64,000 nt of DNA from Deltaproteobacteria bacterium (GTDB lineage Bacteria; Myxococcota_A; Polyangia; Polyangiales; JADJMO01). Below the pieces are notes generated by a model. It was not told where the DNA came from. It ran no database searches and worked only from the letters and a program-made list of their open reading frames with translations. Where the stretch lies: contig JACPFM010000071.1 in the NCBI GenBank assembly GCA_016182965.1, positions 3,181 through 67,180 of the forward strand, given 5' to 3'. The translations under genes and the position numbers were made by a program. This document shows positions 8,878 through 18,097 of this stretch, piece by piece; the first letter of the stretch is position 1, and each line of letters starts with the position of its first letter.

Positions 8878-9873
8878 ATGAGCACCCTCGCGCTGGTGGG
8901 CGACGTCGGCGGCACCAAGACCTTGCTGCGGCTGGTCGATGAGCAGGGCGTCGCGCTGCGCACGGCCCGGTTCGACAGCCGCGGCGCGGAGCTCGCGGCG
9001 ATCATCACGAGGTTCCTCGACGGGGTCCGCCCGCGCGTCGCGGTGCTCGGCGTCGCCGGTCCGGTGCTCGACGGCGTGTGCGCGACCACGAACCTCCCGT
9101 GGCTGCTCGACGAGCGCGCGCTGGAGCGTCAGCTCGGCATCTCGCGCGTGCGGCTGCTCAACGATTTCGAGGCGACCGCGTACGGCGTGCTGCACGTCGA
9201 TCCCTCCCAGCTCATCTCGCTGCAGGGCGGCGAACGGCGCCCGCACGGGCAGGTCGCGGTCATCGGCGCCGGCACGGGGCTCGGCGAGGCGTTCCTCGTC
9301 TGGACCGGCGACGACTACGTCGTGGTGCCGACCGAGGGCGGTCACGGCGACTTCGCCCCGCGCAACGACCGCGAGGACCTGGTCCTCCGCACACTGCGCG
9401 CGCGCCTCGGCAGGGTGTCGGTCGAGCGCGTGGTCAGCGGGCTCGGTATCGTCGAGGTGTACGAGGCGCTGCGCGACGGCGGGGTCGCGCCCGAGTCCGA
9501 GGCCGTGGCGGCGCAGCTGCGCGCGGGCGATCCCGGCGCGGTGATCGGCGAGCACGCGCTGCGCGGCGGCGATCCGCTGTGCGAGGCGACCATCGACCTC
9601 TTCGTCTCGGCCTACGGCGCCGAAGCCGGCAATTTCGCGCTGCGCACGCTGGCTCGCGGCGGCGTCTTCGTCACCGGCGGCATCGCGCCGAAGCTCTTGC
9701 CGAAGCTCCGCGAGGGCGCGTTCGTCCAGGCGTTCCGCGACAAGGGGCGCCTGTCGGACGTGGTCGACGCCATCCCGGTGAGCGTGGTGCTCGATCCCGA
9801 GGTGCCGCTGGTCGGCGCGTTGCACGTCGCGCGCGCGATCGCCGCGCGCGTGACCAGCGCGGGGACTGGATGA
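8878..9873 (+). CDS. glk: Glucokinase
   Basis: MSTLALVGDVGGTKTLLRLV... (ATP-binding DxGGT), ...RLLNDFEATAYG..., ...GAGTGLGEA.... Typical Glk family architecture, 331 aa. Confidence 0.9.
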   Translation: MSTLALVGDVGGTKTLLRLVDEQGVALRTARFDSRGAELAAIITRFLDGVRPRVAVLGVAGPVLDGVCATTNLPWLLDERALERQLGISRVRLLNDFEATAYGVLHVDPSQLISLQGGERRPHGQVAVIGAGTGLGEAFLVWTGDDYVVVPTEGGHGDFAPRNDREDLVLRTLRARLGRVSVERVVSGLGIVEVYEALRDGGVAPESEAVAAQLRAGDPGAVIGEHALRGGDPLCEATIDLFVSAYGAEAGNFALRTLARGGVFVTGGIAPKLLPKLREGAFVQAFRDKGRLSDVVDAIPVSVVLDPEVPLVGALHVARAIAARVTSAGTG

Positions 9874-10874
9874 GGCGCACAGCCCTCGCGCTCCTTTTCA
9901 CGGGGTGCGCGGCGTTCGCGTGCCGCCGCGAGAAATCCCCTCCCGCTCCCCCTCCCGCCATCGCGTCCGCCTCCGCGTTCGCGTCCGCGTCCGCGTTCGC
10001 CTCCGCCTCCGCGTCCGCGTTCGCCTCCGCGTCCGCCTCCGCGTCCGCGTCCGCGTGCGTGGGCCGCTCGCTCTCGATGACGCTGCCCAGCGGCAACCCG
10101 AACACCTTCGGCAAGCCGAACCTCTGGGCGCACATCCCCTGCGCCTACCGCGCCGACCGACCCCTGCGTCTCGCCTTCGTCTTCCACGGCCACGCCAATT
10201 GCCTCGAGAGCCTGGTCGGCGACGCCGGCGTCCGATGTCGGCCGGGCGACGCGCCGCGCATCGCGCACGACGTCGCCGCGCAGGTCGACCGCTCGGGCAC
10301 CGGCGCGATCGTCCTCGTGCCGCAGCTCGCCTACGACGAGCGCCACGGCGATCCGGGCGTGCTCGACTCCGGCCCCGCGCTCGAGAAGCTCGCCCGCGAG
10401 GCCCTAGAGGGCCCGCTCTCGCCGGCGCTCGGCGCGCGCCGCCTCGCGGACGTCGAGCGCGTGGCGATGATCGCGATCTCCGGCGGCTATCAGGCGCTGC
10501 ACGCGGTGCTCGGCGCGTTCGGCGATCGCACGCGCGAGGTGTTCCTCCTCGACGCCTACTACGCCGAGCACGGCCCGGTCGACGCGTGGGTCGACAAGCA
10601 CGTCGCCGACTTCGCGCGCGGCGGCGCACGGCCGCGTCGGCTCGGCGTCATCTACAGCGGTCTCGACTCCACGCGGCCGCTGACGCAGGCGTTCGCCGCG
10701 CGCGTCGCGGCCGCGATGCAGAAAGATGGCCTCGCCACGAGCATGCTCCACCGCGACGTCCCGCGCGATCCGACGGTGGACGAGCTCGCCACGCCCGTCG
10801 CCTTCCTGTTCTCCGACAAGGACCACGACGACATCCCCCGCACCGATCTGGCGAAGGTCCTCGCCGGCTTCTGA
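9870..10874 (+). CDS. Lipoprotein with a Ser/Ala-repeat linker, possibly alpha/beta-hydrolase-like
   Basis: ATG overlaps the glk stop (ATGA). Lipobox LLFTGC. ASASAF(ASAS)n linker. Later ...[14 protein letters not shown]... resembles a nucleophile elbow. Confidence 0.65.
   Translation: MRRTALALLFTGCAAFACRREKSPPAPPPAIASASAFASASAFASASASAFASASASASASACVGRSLSMTLPSGNPNTFGKPNLWAHIPCAYRADRPLRLAFVFHGHANCLESLVGDAGVRCRPGDAPRIAHDVAAQVDRSGTGAIVLVPQLAYDERHGDPGVLDSGPALEKLAREALEGPLSPALGARRLADVERVAMIAISGGYQALHAVLGAFGDRTREVFLLDAYYAEHGPVDAWVDKHVADFARGGARPRRLGVIYSGLDSTRPLTQAFAARVAAAMQKDGLATSMLHRDVPRDPTVDELATPVAFLFSDKDHDDIPRTDLAKVLAGF
9960..10056 (+). repeat. In-frame GC-rich hexamer/18-mer tandem repeat encoding an (AS)n/ASAF linker
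   Basis: gcgtcc/gcctcc/gcgttc units are repeated about 16 times inside the lipoprotein CDS. Confidence 0.8.
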
Positions 10875-10956
10875 CGCCACGTTTCCCCGACCCCGATCCG
10901 CCGAAGAGGACGCCAGCTCTTCCCGCTCGCGCGCCCTCGCGGTACGGGCCCCCGCC

Positions 10957-12972
10957 ATGCAGGTCGCCGAGCCGCTCCGTACCCAGTGCGTCCACACGAT
11001 CAAGTTCCTCGCCGTCGACGGCGTCGAGAAGGCCAAGAGCGGCCACCCCGGCATGCCGATGGGCAACGCCGACCTCACCTTCGAGCTGTTCACGAGGCAC
11101 CTGCGCTACAACCCGCGCGATCCGAAGTGGCCGAACCGCGACCGCTTCGTGCTGTCGGCCGGCCACGGGTCGATGCTGCTCTACGGCATGCTGCACCTCA
11201 CCGGCTACGACCTGCCGATGGATGAGCTGAAGCGCTTCCGCCAGCTCGACTCCAAGACGCCGGGCCACCCCGAGTCGCACATCACCGTCGGCGTCGAGAC
11301 CACCACCGGTCCGCTGGGGCAGGGGATCACCAACGCGGTCGGCATGGCGCTCGCGGGCAAGATGCTCGCCGCCCGCTTCCCGCAGCACGCAGGGCTGTTC
11401 GACTTCCGCGTCTTCGGCATCGCCTCCGACGGCGATCTGATGGAGGGCGTCTCGCACGAGGCAGCGTCGGTCGCCGGCCACCTCGGGCTCGACAACCTGA
11501 TCTTCTTCTACGACGACAACCACATCTCCATCGACGGCGAGACCGAGCTCGCGCTGTCGGACGACGCGCAGAAGCGCTTCGAGTCGTACGGCTGGTTCGT
11601 GCAGCGCGTCGACGGCCACGTCCCCGACCAGATCCGCCGCGCCCTCGACGCCGCCGTCTCCAAGGTCGGCGAGGGCAAGCCGAGCCTGATCATCGCGCGC
11701 ACGCACATCGGGCACGGCTCGCCGAACAAGCAGGACTCCGAGAAGTCGCACGGCTCGCCGCTCGGCAAGGACGAGGTCGCCCTCACCAAGGAGGCGGCCG
11801 GCTGGCCGGAGGAGCCGACCTTCCTCGTCCCCGACGAGGTGCGCAAGGTGTTCGCCGATCGCGCCGCCGAGCTGACGGCTGACTACGACGCCTGGCAGGA
11901 GAAGGTCGCCGGGCTGACCGGCGACGACAAGAAGCTCTGCGACGCGCTCGTCTCGCCGAAGGTCCCGAGCGATCTGCTCGACAAGCTCTTCGCGAAGGCG
12001 CGCGAGCTCGCCGGCAAGCCGGAGGCGACCCGCGCGCTCGCGGGGAAGATCGAGCAGGTCGCCGCGCGCGAGTGCCCCTGGCTCGTCGGCGGCTCGGCGG
12101 ACCTCAACCCGTCGTGCAACACGTACATCGAGGGGTCGCCGTCCGTGCGCAAGGGCGACTACGCGGGTCGCAACGTGCACTACGGCGTCCGCGAGCACGC
12201 GATGGCCTCGATCAACAACGGCCTCGCGGTGACCAGCGGGTTCGTGCCGTTCGGCTCGACCTTCCTCATCTTCAGCGACTACATGCGGCCGGCGATCCGC
12301 CTCGCCGCGCTGTCGCGCCTGCAGAACGTCTTCGTCTTCACCCACGACTCGATCTTCCTCGGCGAGGACGGCCCGACCCACCAGCCGGTCGAGCAGATCG
12401 CCTCGCTGCGGTTGATCCCCGAGCTGCGCGTGGTGCGCCCGGCCGACGCGCTCGAGTGCGCGGCGGCGTGGGCCTACGCGCTCGAGCGCGCGCACCGTCC
12501 CACCGCGATCGTGCTCACCCGCCAGAAGCTCGCGCCGCTCGACAACGGCGCGATCGATCCGCGCGCGATGGTCCGCGGCGCTTACCGGCTGGCCGATCCG
12601 AAGGACGCGACGATGGTCATGATCGCCACCGGCTCCGAGGTGGCGCTCGCTGTCTCCGCGGCCAAGGCGCTCGAGACGAACGGGCAGCGCGTGCGCATCG
12701 TCAGCGCGCCGTGCCTCGAGGCGCTCGAAGACGCGGGCGAGGCGGCATGGAACGAGGTGCTCCCCGACGACGGCCTGCCGCGCGTGAGCCTCGAGGCCGG
12801 GCGGACCAACGGGTGGAAGGCGATCGTCGGCCGCGGCGGTCTCACCATCGGCGTCGACGACTTCGGCCACTCGGCGCCCGACAAGGATCTCGCCGGTCGC
12901 TACGGCCTCACCACCGAGTCGGTGGTCACGCGCGTGCGCGCCTGGTTGGAGGCGGGCGCGAAGTCGCGCTGA
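10957..12972 (+). CDS. tkt: Transketolase
   Basis: [72 protein letters not shown]. Full-length TPP-dependent transketolase signature set. Confidence 0.95.
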   Translation: MQVAEPLRTQCVHTIKFLAVDGVEKAKSGHPGMPMGNADLTFELFTRHLRYNPRDPKWPNRDRFVLSAGHGSMLLYGMLHLTGYDLPMDELKRFRQLDSKTPGHPESHITVGVETTTGPLGQGITNAVGMALAGKMLAARFPQHAGLFDFRVFGIASDGDLMEGVSHEAASVAGHLGLDNLIFFYDDNHISIDGETELALSDDAQKRFESYGWFVQRVDGHVPDQIRRALDAAVSKVGEGKPSLIIARTHIGHGSPNKQDSEKSHGSPLGKDEVALTKEAAGWPEEPTFLVPDEVRKVFADRAAELTADYDAWQEKVAGLTGDDKKLCDALVSPKVPSDLLDKLFAKARELAGKPEATRALAGKIEQVAARECPWLVGGSADLNPSCNTYIEGSPSVRKGDYAGRNVHYGVREHAMASINNGLAVTSGFVPFGSTFLIFSDYMRPAIRLAALSRLQNVFVFTHDSIFLGEDGPTHQPVEQIASLRLIPELRVVRPADALECAAAWAYALERAHRPTAIVLTRQKLAPLDNGAIDPRAMVRGAYRLADPKDATMVMIATGSEVALAVSAAKALETNGQRVRIVSAPCLEALEDAGEAAWNEVLPDDGLPRVSLEAGRTNGWKAIVGRGGLTIGVDDFGHSAPDKDLAGRYGLTTESVVTRVRAWLEAGAKSR

Positions 12973-13015
12973 ACTCGCGCTGAGTGGAAAGGCGCCGACG
13001 GCCGTCCAACGGCTC

Positions 13016-13618
13016 GTGCGACAAACTGCCCGAACGACGCGGACGAGGTATGCTTCTCGTGTGTCGCGCTCGTGGGCTCCGCTCGTGACGATCGCGCTCG
13101 CCTCGGCGGCGGTCGCGGCGGTGCCTGCGTGCGAGCCGCGCCAGAAAGGGCCGGTCGGTCCGACGGCAACGGCGTCGATCGCGGGCGCGCCCACGGCGGC
13201 GCCTCCTCCGCCGCCGACCGCCGCGCCCTCCACGGCCATCCCCTGGATGATCCCCGGCCTGCAGATCCCGGGTCTCCCGACCTCGCCCCGCCAGGCGATC
13301 CTCGGTCGGTGGAACGTGGCCGGCGTCGACGGCAAGCCGGTGGCGACCGCGCCGGGCATGGCCACCGATCCGTTCGATCCCGCGTCGTACGTCGCCGGCA
13401 CGCAGGTCACCTTCACGCCCGACACGGTCACCATTGCGCGCGCCGGCGTCTCGCTCATGAGCCGTCCGTACAAAGTGGTGAGCGAGCTGCCGCCGATCCG
13501 CGTCACCATCGACGCGGGCTACGGCCCGTCCAACCTCGACTTCGCGATCGACGGCACGTGCCTCTGGAGCATGCCCTCCACGCCGCCGCACGTGCTGTCC
13601 CTCAGCCGCGCGCAGTAA
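13016..13618 (+). CDS. Hypothetical lipoprotein
   Basis: Signal/lipobox-like ...APLVTIALASAAVAAVPAC, a Pro/Ala linker, then a globular C-terminus. The start is uncertain; a GTG further in is also possible. Confidence 0.55.
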   Translation: MRQTARTTRTRYASRVSRSWAPLVTIALASAAVAAVPACEPRQKGPVGPTATASIAGAPTAAPPPPPTAAPSTAIPWMIPGLQIPGLPTSPRQAILGRWNVAGVDGKPVATAPGMATDPFDPASYVAGTQVTFTPDTVTIARAGVSLMSRPYKVVSELPPIRVTIDAGYGPSNLDFAIDGTCLWSMPSTPPHVLSLSRAQ

Positions 13619-13624
13619 GGCCCG

Positions 13625-13993
13625 GTGCTACGCTCGACGGCGATGGCGAGAATCGCACCGCTGGTCGGCGGGCTCGTCCTCATGCTCGTCGTCGTCCTCG
13701 TCGTCCTGACCGGGGCCGCCTGCACGCAGCCGGCGCCCGACGAGGACAAGCCGCGGACCTCGTGCAAGGTCGACGCCGACTGCGGCCGCGGCAAGTACTG
13801 CAGCGAGGCGAACATCTGCCGGAGCGACTGCGAGATCGACGCGCACTGCTACGGACCGACGACCACCGCGCAGTGCAACGCGCAGGGCCGGTGCATCGAG
13901 ACGATCGACGCGGCCTCGCCGCCGCCGGACGACGCCGTCTCCGAGGGCGGCGAGTCCGACGCCGAGGGTCCGACCGAGGGGGGTGGCGCGTGA
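13625..13993 (+). CDS. Small Cys-rich lipoprotein
   Basis: Signal peptide with lipobox LTGAAC. 8 Cys in CKVDADCGRGKYCSEANICRSDCEIDAHCYGPTTTAQCNAQGRC. Acidic tail. The stop overlaps the next start (GTGA). Confidence 0.6.
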   Translation: MLRSTAMARIAPLVGGLVLMLVVVLVVLTGAACTQPAPDEDKPRTSCKVDADCGRGKYCSEANICRSDCEIDAHCYGPTTTAQCNAQGRCIETIDAASPPPDDAVSEGGESDAEGPTEGGGA

Positions 13994-15927
13994 AGCGGCT
14001 CGTCGCGCTCGCCCTCGCGTGCGCTGCGATCACGCCGGCGGCGCGCGCCACCGCCGGCGCGCCTCGCGAGGTGCCCGTCTCACGGACCTGGGCCGCGCCG
14101 CCGCTCGACGCGATCGTCCCCGCCACCGCGCTGATGCGCGGCGATCCATCGCGGGTCGCGGGGGCGCGCGTGGTCCGCACGATGGCCGACGGCACCCACG
14201 TGGTCGCCTTCGACGAGGCGATCTCGGCCGAGGCGACGAGGGCGAGGGTCGAAGCGCTCCGCGCCGAGGGCCTCGACGTGGAGCTCGACTTGTTCCGGCA
14301 GGGGCAGGCCGCGCCGGACGACGAGGGCTACTCCAAGCAGTGGGCGCTGACGCTGGTGAAGGCGCTCGACGCCTGGAACTTCACCACCGGCGACGCGTCG
14401 CTCACCGTCGCGGTGGTCGACACCGGGTACGTCGATCACCCCGATCTGCTGCCCCGCATCGTGCGCGGCTACGACTTCATCACCGACCCGACCAACGCCG
14501 GCGACGGCGACGGGCGCGACGCCGATCCGCACGACGCCGGAGACGAGAGCGAGGCGTCGTCGAGCTTCCACGGCTCGCACGTCGGCGGGATCATCGGCGC
14601 TGCGACCAACAACGGCATCGGCATGGCCGGCGTCGACTGGGGGTGTCGGCTGCAGCCGGTGCGGGTGCTCGGCGTGCGGCGACACCGCGGCCGCGACAGC
14701 GACATCGCCGACGGCATCCGCTGGGCCGCCGGCTTCAACATCCCGGGGCTCCCGCAGAACCAGACGCCGGCGCGGATCATCAACCTCAGCTTCGGCGGTC
14801 CCGGGTTCTCGCGCGTGTTGCAGGACGCGGTGCTCGCGGCGCAGTCGCGCGGGGTGCTGGTGATCGCCTCCGCCGGGAACGGCTCGACCGACGCGAAGGA
14901 CAACGTCCCCGCCGCGCTCGAGGGCGTGACCTCGGTCGCCGCGGCCGGTCCCGACAGCAAGCTCGCCTCCTACAGCAACTTCGGCGCGCGCGTGGACTTC
15001 ATGGCGCCCGGCGGCGCGCTGTTCCTCGACGCGCCGGTCGGCGAGGAGACGCCCGGCGCCATCTGGTCGACCAGCTGGGTGCGCGCCTCCGAGCAGCCGG
15101 TGTTCGCCTACGCCGCGGGGACCTCGCAGGCCGCCGCCTACGCGACCGGCGTCGCCGCGCTCGTTCGCGCCGCGGCGCCGACGCTGCCGCCGCAGGTGGT
15201 CGCCGCCATCATGCGGCGCTCGGCGCGCCTGCCGAAGGCCGGGTGCGAGATGGGCTGCGGCGCCGGGCTGATCGACGCGAGCCGCGCCGTCGCCTACGCC
15301 AAGATGATCCAGGAGGCGCAGTGCGGCGAGGGGACCTGCGGGGCGACCAACGCGCTCGGCCCCGTGCCGCTGCGGCCCGAGGAGGGCTGCTCGGTCGCCG
15401 CGCCGGGCGCCGGACTCGGCGCGGCGGGCGCCGGACTCGGCGCGGTCGGGGGTGGCTCGAGTGGCTTCGGCGCGCTCGGCCTCGCGCTCGCGATCGTCGC
15501 ACGCCGCCGGCGCTCGCGTCGCCGCACGTCGCGCCCTTTCGTCGCGCTGCTCGCGGCGGCGCTCTCGGGCCTGCTGCTCGTCGGCTGCGCGTCTTCGCCG
15601 TCCGAGCGCGAGTCGGAGTCGCAGTCGACCTCCGCGCCGACGGTGAAGATCATCGAGCCGATCCCCACCTACGAGGGGGGTGAGCTGGTTCTGCCCATCG
15701 GCGCCGGCCGCGAGATCGAGGCGGCGGTCACTCCGTCCACCGCGCTCGATCGGGTGGAGCTGCGGATCGACGACTCGTCCGAGGTCATCGGCCGCCTCGG
15801 CCACGCGCCGTTCCGGTTCTGGGTGCCGCAGTGGGTCCTCGGCGAAGCCGGGCGGCGCCTCCTGTGCATCACCGCGATCGACGCGCGGCAGCGGCAGGGA
15901 GAGCTCTGCTTCCACGCGACGCCGTGA
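13990..15927 (+). CDS. S8 (subtilisin-family) serine peptidase, fused in frame to a MYXO-CTERM-like anchor and a downstream lipoprotein-like module
   Basis: GTG at 13990 gives signal peptide VKRLVALALACAAITPAARA. Catalytic blocks VAVVDTGY (Asp), HGSHVGGIIGA (His), AGTSQAAAYATG (Ser). C-terminus: EEGCSVAAPG...LGLALAIVARRRRSRRR, then FVALLAAALSGLLLVGCASS.... Confidence 0.85.
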   Translation: MKRLVALALACAAITPAARATAGAPREVPVSRTWAAPPLDAIVPATALMRGDPSRVAGARVVRTMADGTHVVAFDEAISAEATRARVEALRAEGLDVELDLFRQGQAAPDDEGYSKQWALTLVKALDAWNFTTGDASLTVAVVDTGYVDHPDLLPRIVRGYDFITDPTNAGDGDGRDADPHDAGDESEASSSFHGSHVGGIIGAATNNGIGMAGVDWGCRLQPVRVLGVRRHRGRDSDIADGIRWAAGFNIPGLPQNQTPARIINLSFGGPGFSRVLQDAVLAAQSRGVLVIASAGNGSTDAKDNVPAALEGVTSVAAAGPDSKLASYSNFGARVDFMAPGGALFLDAPVGEETPGAIWSTSWVRASEQPVFAYAAGTSQAAAYATGVAALVRAAAPTLPPQVVAAIMRRSARLPKAGCEMGCGAGLIDASRAVAYAKMIQEAQCGEGTCGATNALGPVPLRPEEGCSVAAPGAGLGAAGAGLGAVGGGSSGFGALGLALAIVARRRRSRRRTSRPFVALLAAALSGLLLVGCASSPSERESESQSTSAPTVKIIEPIPTYEGGELVLPIGAGREIEAAVTPSTALDRVELRIDDSSEVIGRLGHAPFRFWVPQWVLGEAGRRLLCITAIDARQRQGELCFHATP

Positions 15928-15950
15928 CGGACGGAGTCGAAGGTCCAGCC

Positions 15951-16151
15951 GTCGTCAGTCGTCAGTCGTCAGTCGTCAGTCGTGTCAGTCGTCAGTCGTC
16001 AGTCGTCAGTCGTCAGTCGTGAGAACCTCTCGTCGAGCCTGGTCGAAGGTCGAAAGGTCGAAGGTCGAACCAGGGGCGGAGCCCCTGGAACCCCGCGGAA
16101 CCGGATGGGAAACGGGCTCTCGCTTCGACCTTCGACCTTCGACCTTCGACC
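15951..16151 (+). repeat. Heptamer-array/hairpin composite element, copy R1
   Basis: About 10 tandem GTCGTCA units (15951-22), a spacer, the left arm (GGTCGAA)4 at 16041-16070, the core palindrome ccaggggc-gga-gcccctgg, and the right arm (TTCGACC)4 at 16124-16151. Confidence 0.9.
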
Positions 16152-16231
16152 TCGGAACCGCGCCGGTCCGATTGCTTCACACGGCCTCACTCCATCGACG
16201 CCCCACGGCGCAGCCGTGGTATTGCCGCGTC

Positions 16232-18082
16232 GTGGAGCAGCCGGGGCGGAGCGACGCTGCGCGCGTGGGGGCGCTGGCCGCGATCGTCGCGCTGTCGATC
16301 TGGCTGCCGCGCCTCGCGCCTACGGTGACGCTCCTCGGCGATTCCGCCGTGTTCGTCAGCGCCGCCGCGACGTTCGGCGTGCCGCAGCCCTCGGGCTACC
16401 CGCTGTGGACGCTGGTCGGCTGGATGTTCTCCAAGGTGCCGCTCGGCGACGTCGCCTACCGGGTCCACCTTTCGAGCGCGATCTTCCACGCCGCGACGGT
16501 GTTCGTCGTCGGCTGGCTGGTCACCACGCTCTCGCCGTCGCGCGTCGTCGGTCTCGTCTCCGGGCTTTCCGCGGCCCTGTGCCTCGCCTTCTCGCGGGCG
16601 TTCTTCCTCGGATCGCTCTACGCCGAGGTCTTCCCGCTGAACGATCTGTTCACCGCGCTCGCGCTCGCGGCCTCGATCGAGCTGTGGCGTCGGCGCGACG
16701 CGCCGCAGGCGGAGGTCGACCAGGCGCTCAACGCGCTCGCGTGGATCTCCGGGCTCGCCTCGGCGCACCACCAGACGATCGCGCTGCTCGCGCCGGCGCT
16801 GGCGCTCCTGGTGTTCGGGTCGGGCGCGTGGCTGCGCATCTTCGCGCGCTTTCCAGCGTTGCTCGTCCGGTTCGTGACGCCGATCGCGGTCTTCCTGCTC
16901 CTCCTTCTGGTCGTGGCCGCGCGCGACCCGTTCGTGTCGTGGGGCGACGTGCGTTCGCTCAGTGCGCTGTTCCGGCTGGTGACGCGGGCCGACTACGGGG
17001 GGCCGCTCAGCCCGCACCTCGGCGGCAAGGAGCTCGAGGCCTCGGTGCTCGCGCACGCGTGGCTCGAGGGGCAGGCGCTCGCGTATGGGTGGCTGCTTCT
17101 CGGCGTCGCATGTGTCGGCGCGGTCGCGGCGTTCGTACGTGACCGCTCTCGGGACTGGCCGGTCGCGATCGCGCTGGTCACCGCCGTCCTCATGAGCGGC
17201 CCGGTGTTCGCCGCGATGAACCAGCTCGAGGTCGACACCGAGCACGGCCGCGCCTTCGCCGAGCGCTTCTCCACCATGTCCGCGGTGCCGATCGCCATCC
17301 TCGTCGGGCTCGGGATCGCCGCGGCCTTGCGCGCCGGCGAGCGGTGGTTTCCGCCGCCGATGGCGCGGGTCGTCCTCGGGCTCTCGTTCGTCCTGCCGCT
17401 GTCGCGCCACGCGTCGGACTGCGATCTGCGCGACGATCGCCGCGGCCTCCAGGTCGCCCACGATCTGGTGAACGACGTCCCCGACGGCTCGCTCGTGCTG
17501 ATCACCGGAGACGCGCTGAACGGCGCCGCGCTGTGGGTGTGCGGCGTCGAGCGTCGCTGCGGCAACACGCTGGTGTTCACGCCCGGGCAGATGCACCTCG
17601 ACTGGCGCGTGGCCCAGCTTCGTCGGCGCCACCCGGATCTGGCGCTGCCCGTGCCGGCCGGGAAGTTCATCTCCGTCCGCGAGCTCGTCGGCGCGAACCT
17701 GCCGCGGCGGCCGATCTTCCTCTCGCCGCAGATCCTCGATCTCGAGCCGCCGCTGCGCGACGCCTTCCAGTTCCTCCCCGAGCACATCCACGTGCGCGCC
17801 CTCCGAACCGAGGACCTCGACGCGTTCAAGGCGTCGTTCCCCGAGCGCGCGCGGAGGTTCGCCCGGGCCGACGCGTGCGAGGGGTGCGGGATCGCTCGCG
17901 CCGATCTCCGCGCGCCCTCGCTGGAGACGAGCCTGCCCTTCCTCTATGCGCTCGCCTTCGAGAACCACGCGCGCGTGCTCGGCGCGTGGTTCGAGGAGCC
18001 GGCGCTCGCCGCGTTCTTCTCGGCCCGGGCCGAGCAGATCGATCCCGAGGGCATCCGCCGCGTGCGCGCCCCCGGGCCGTGA
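16232..18082 (+). CDS. DUF2723/TMEM260-like multi-pass membrane protein (putative glycosyl/mannosyl-transferase)
   Basis: Motif LLGDSAVFVSAAATFGVPQPSGYPLWTL resembles the GDxxE...HPPGYPL signature of DUF2723. At least 10 predicted TM helices, then a soluble C-terminal domain. The start (GTG 16232) is uncertain. Confidence 0.65.
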   Translation: MEQPGRSDAARVGALAAIVALSIWLPRLAPTVTLLGDSAVFVSAAATFGVPQPSGYPLWTLVGWMFSKVPLGDVAYRVHLSSAIFHAATVFVVGWLVTTLSPSRVVGLVSGLSAALCLAFSRAFFLGSLYAEVFPLNDLFTALALAASIELWRRRDAPQAEVDQALNALAWISGLASAHHQTIALLAPALALLVFGSGAWLRIFARFPALLVRFVTPIAVFLLLLLVVAARDPFVSWGDVRSLSALFRLVTRADYGGPLSPHLGGKELEASVLAHAWLEGQALAYGWLLLGVACVGAVAAFVRDRSRDWPVAIALVTAVLMSGPVFAAMNQLEVDTEHGRAFAERFSTMSAVPIAILVGLGIAAALRAGERWFPPPMARVVLGLSFVLPLSRHASDCDLRDDRRGLQVAHDLVNDVPDGSLVLITGDALNGAALWVCGVERRCGNTLVFTPGQMHLDWRVAQLRRRHPDLALPVPAGKFISVRELVGANLPRRPIFLSPQILDLEPPLRDAFQFLPEHIHVRALRTEDLDAFKASFPERARRFARADACEGCGIARADLRAPSLETSLPFLYALAFENHARVLGAWFEEPALAAFFSARAEQIDPEGIRRVRAPGP

Positions 18083-18097
18083 GCGGGCCCCCTGCGC

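Noticed and set aside
10648-13509. 953-aa minus-strand ORF
   Set aside because: It lies antisense to transketolase, whose signatures are unambiguous. This is a shadow ORF.
13072-13989. N-terminal 306-aa extension of the S8 protease ORF
   Set aside because: The extension overlaps two better-supported lipoprotein genes in other frames and is Arg/Gly-rich. A GTG at 13990 yields a proper signal peptide and overlaps the upstream stop.
15951-16022. Heptamer arrays considered as a CRISPR array
   Set aside because: The units are 7 bp and contiguous with no spacers. No cas genes are present. The arrays occur as inverted pairs around hairpins.
15982-17142. ORFs translating the heptamer arrays (SRQSSVVSRQSSVV...), including 15831-16022, 45439-46188, 52138-52929 and 59325-59554
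   Set aside because: The open frames are a by-product of (GTCGTCA)n lacking stop codons. The same repeats occur in both orientations in intergenic gaps, and the remainder of these ORFs is low-complexity.
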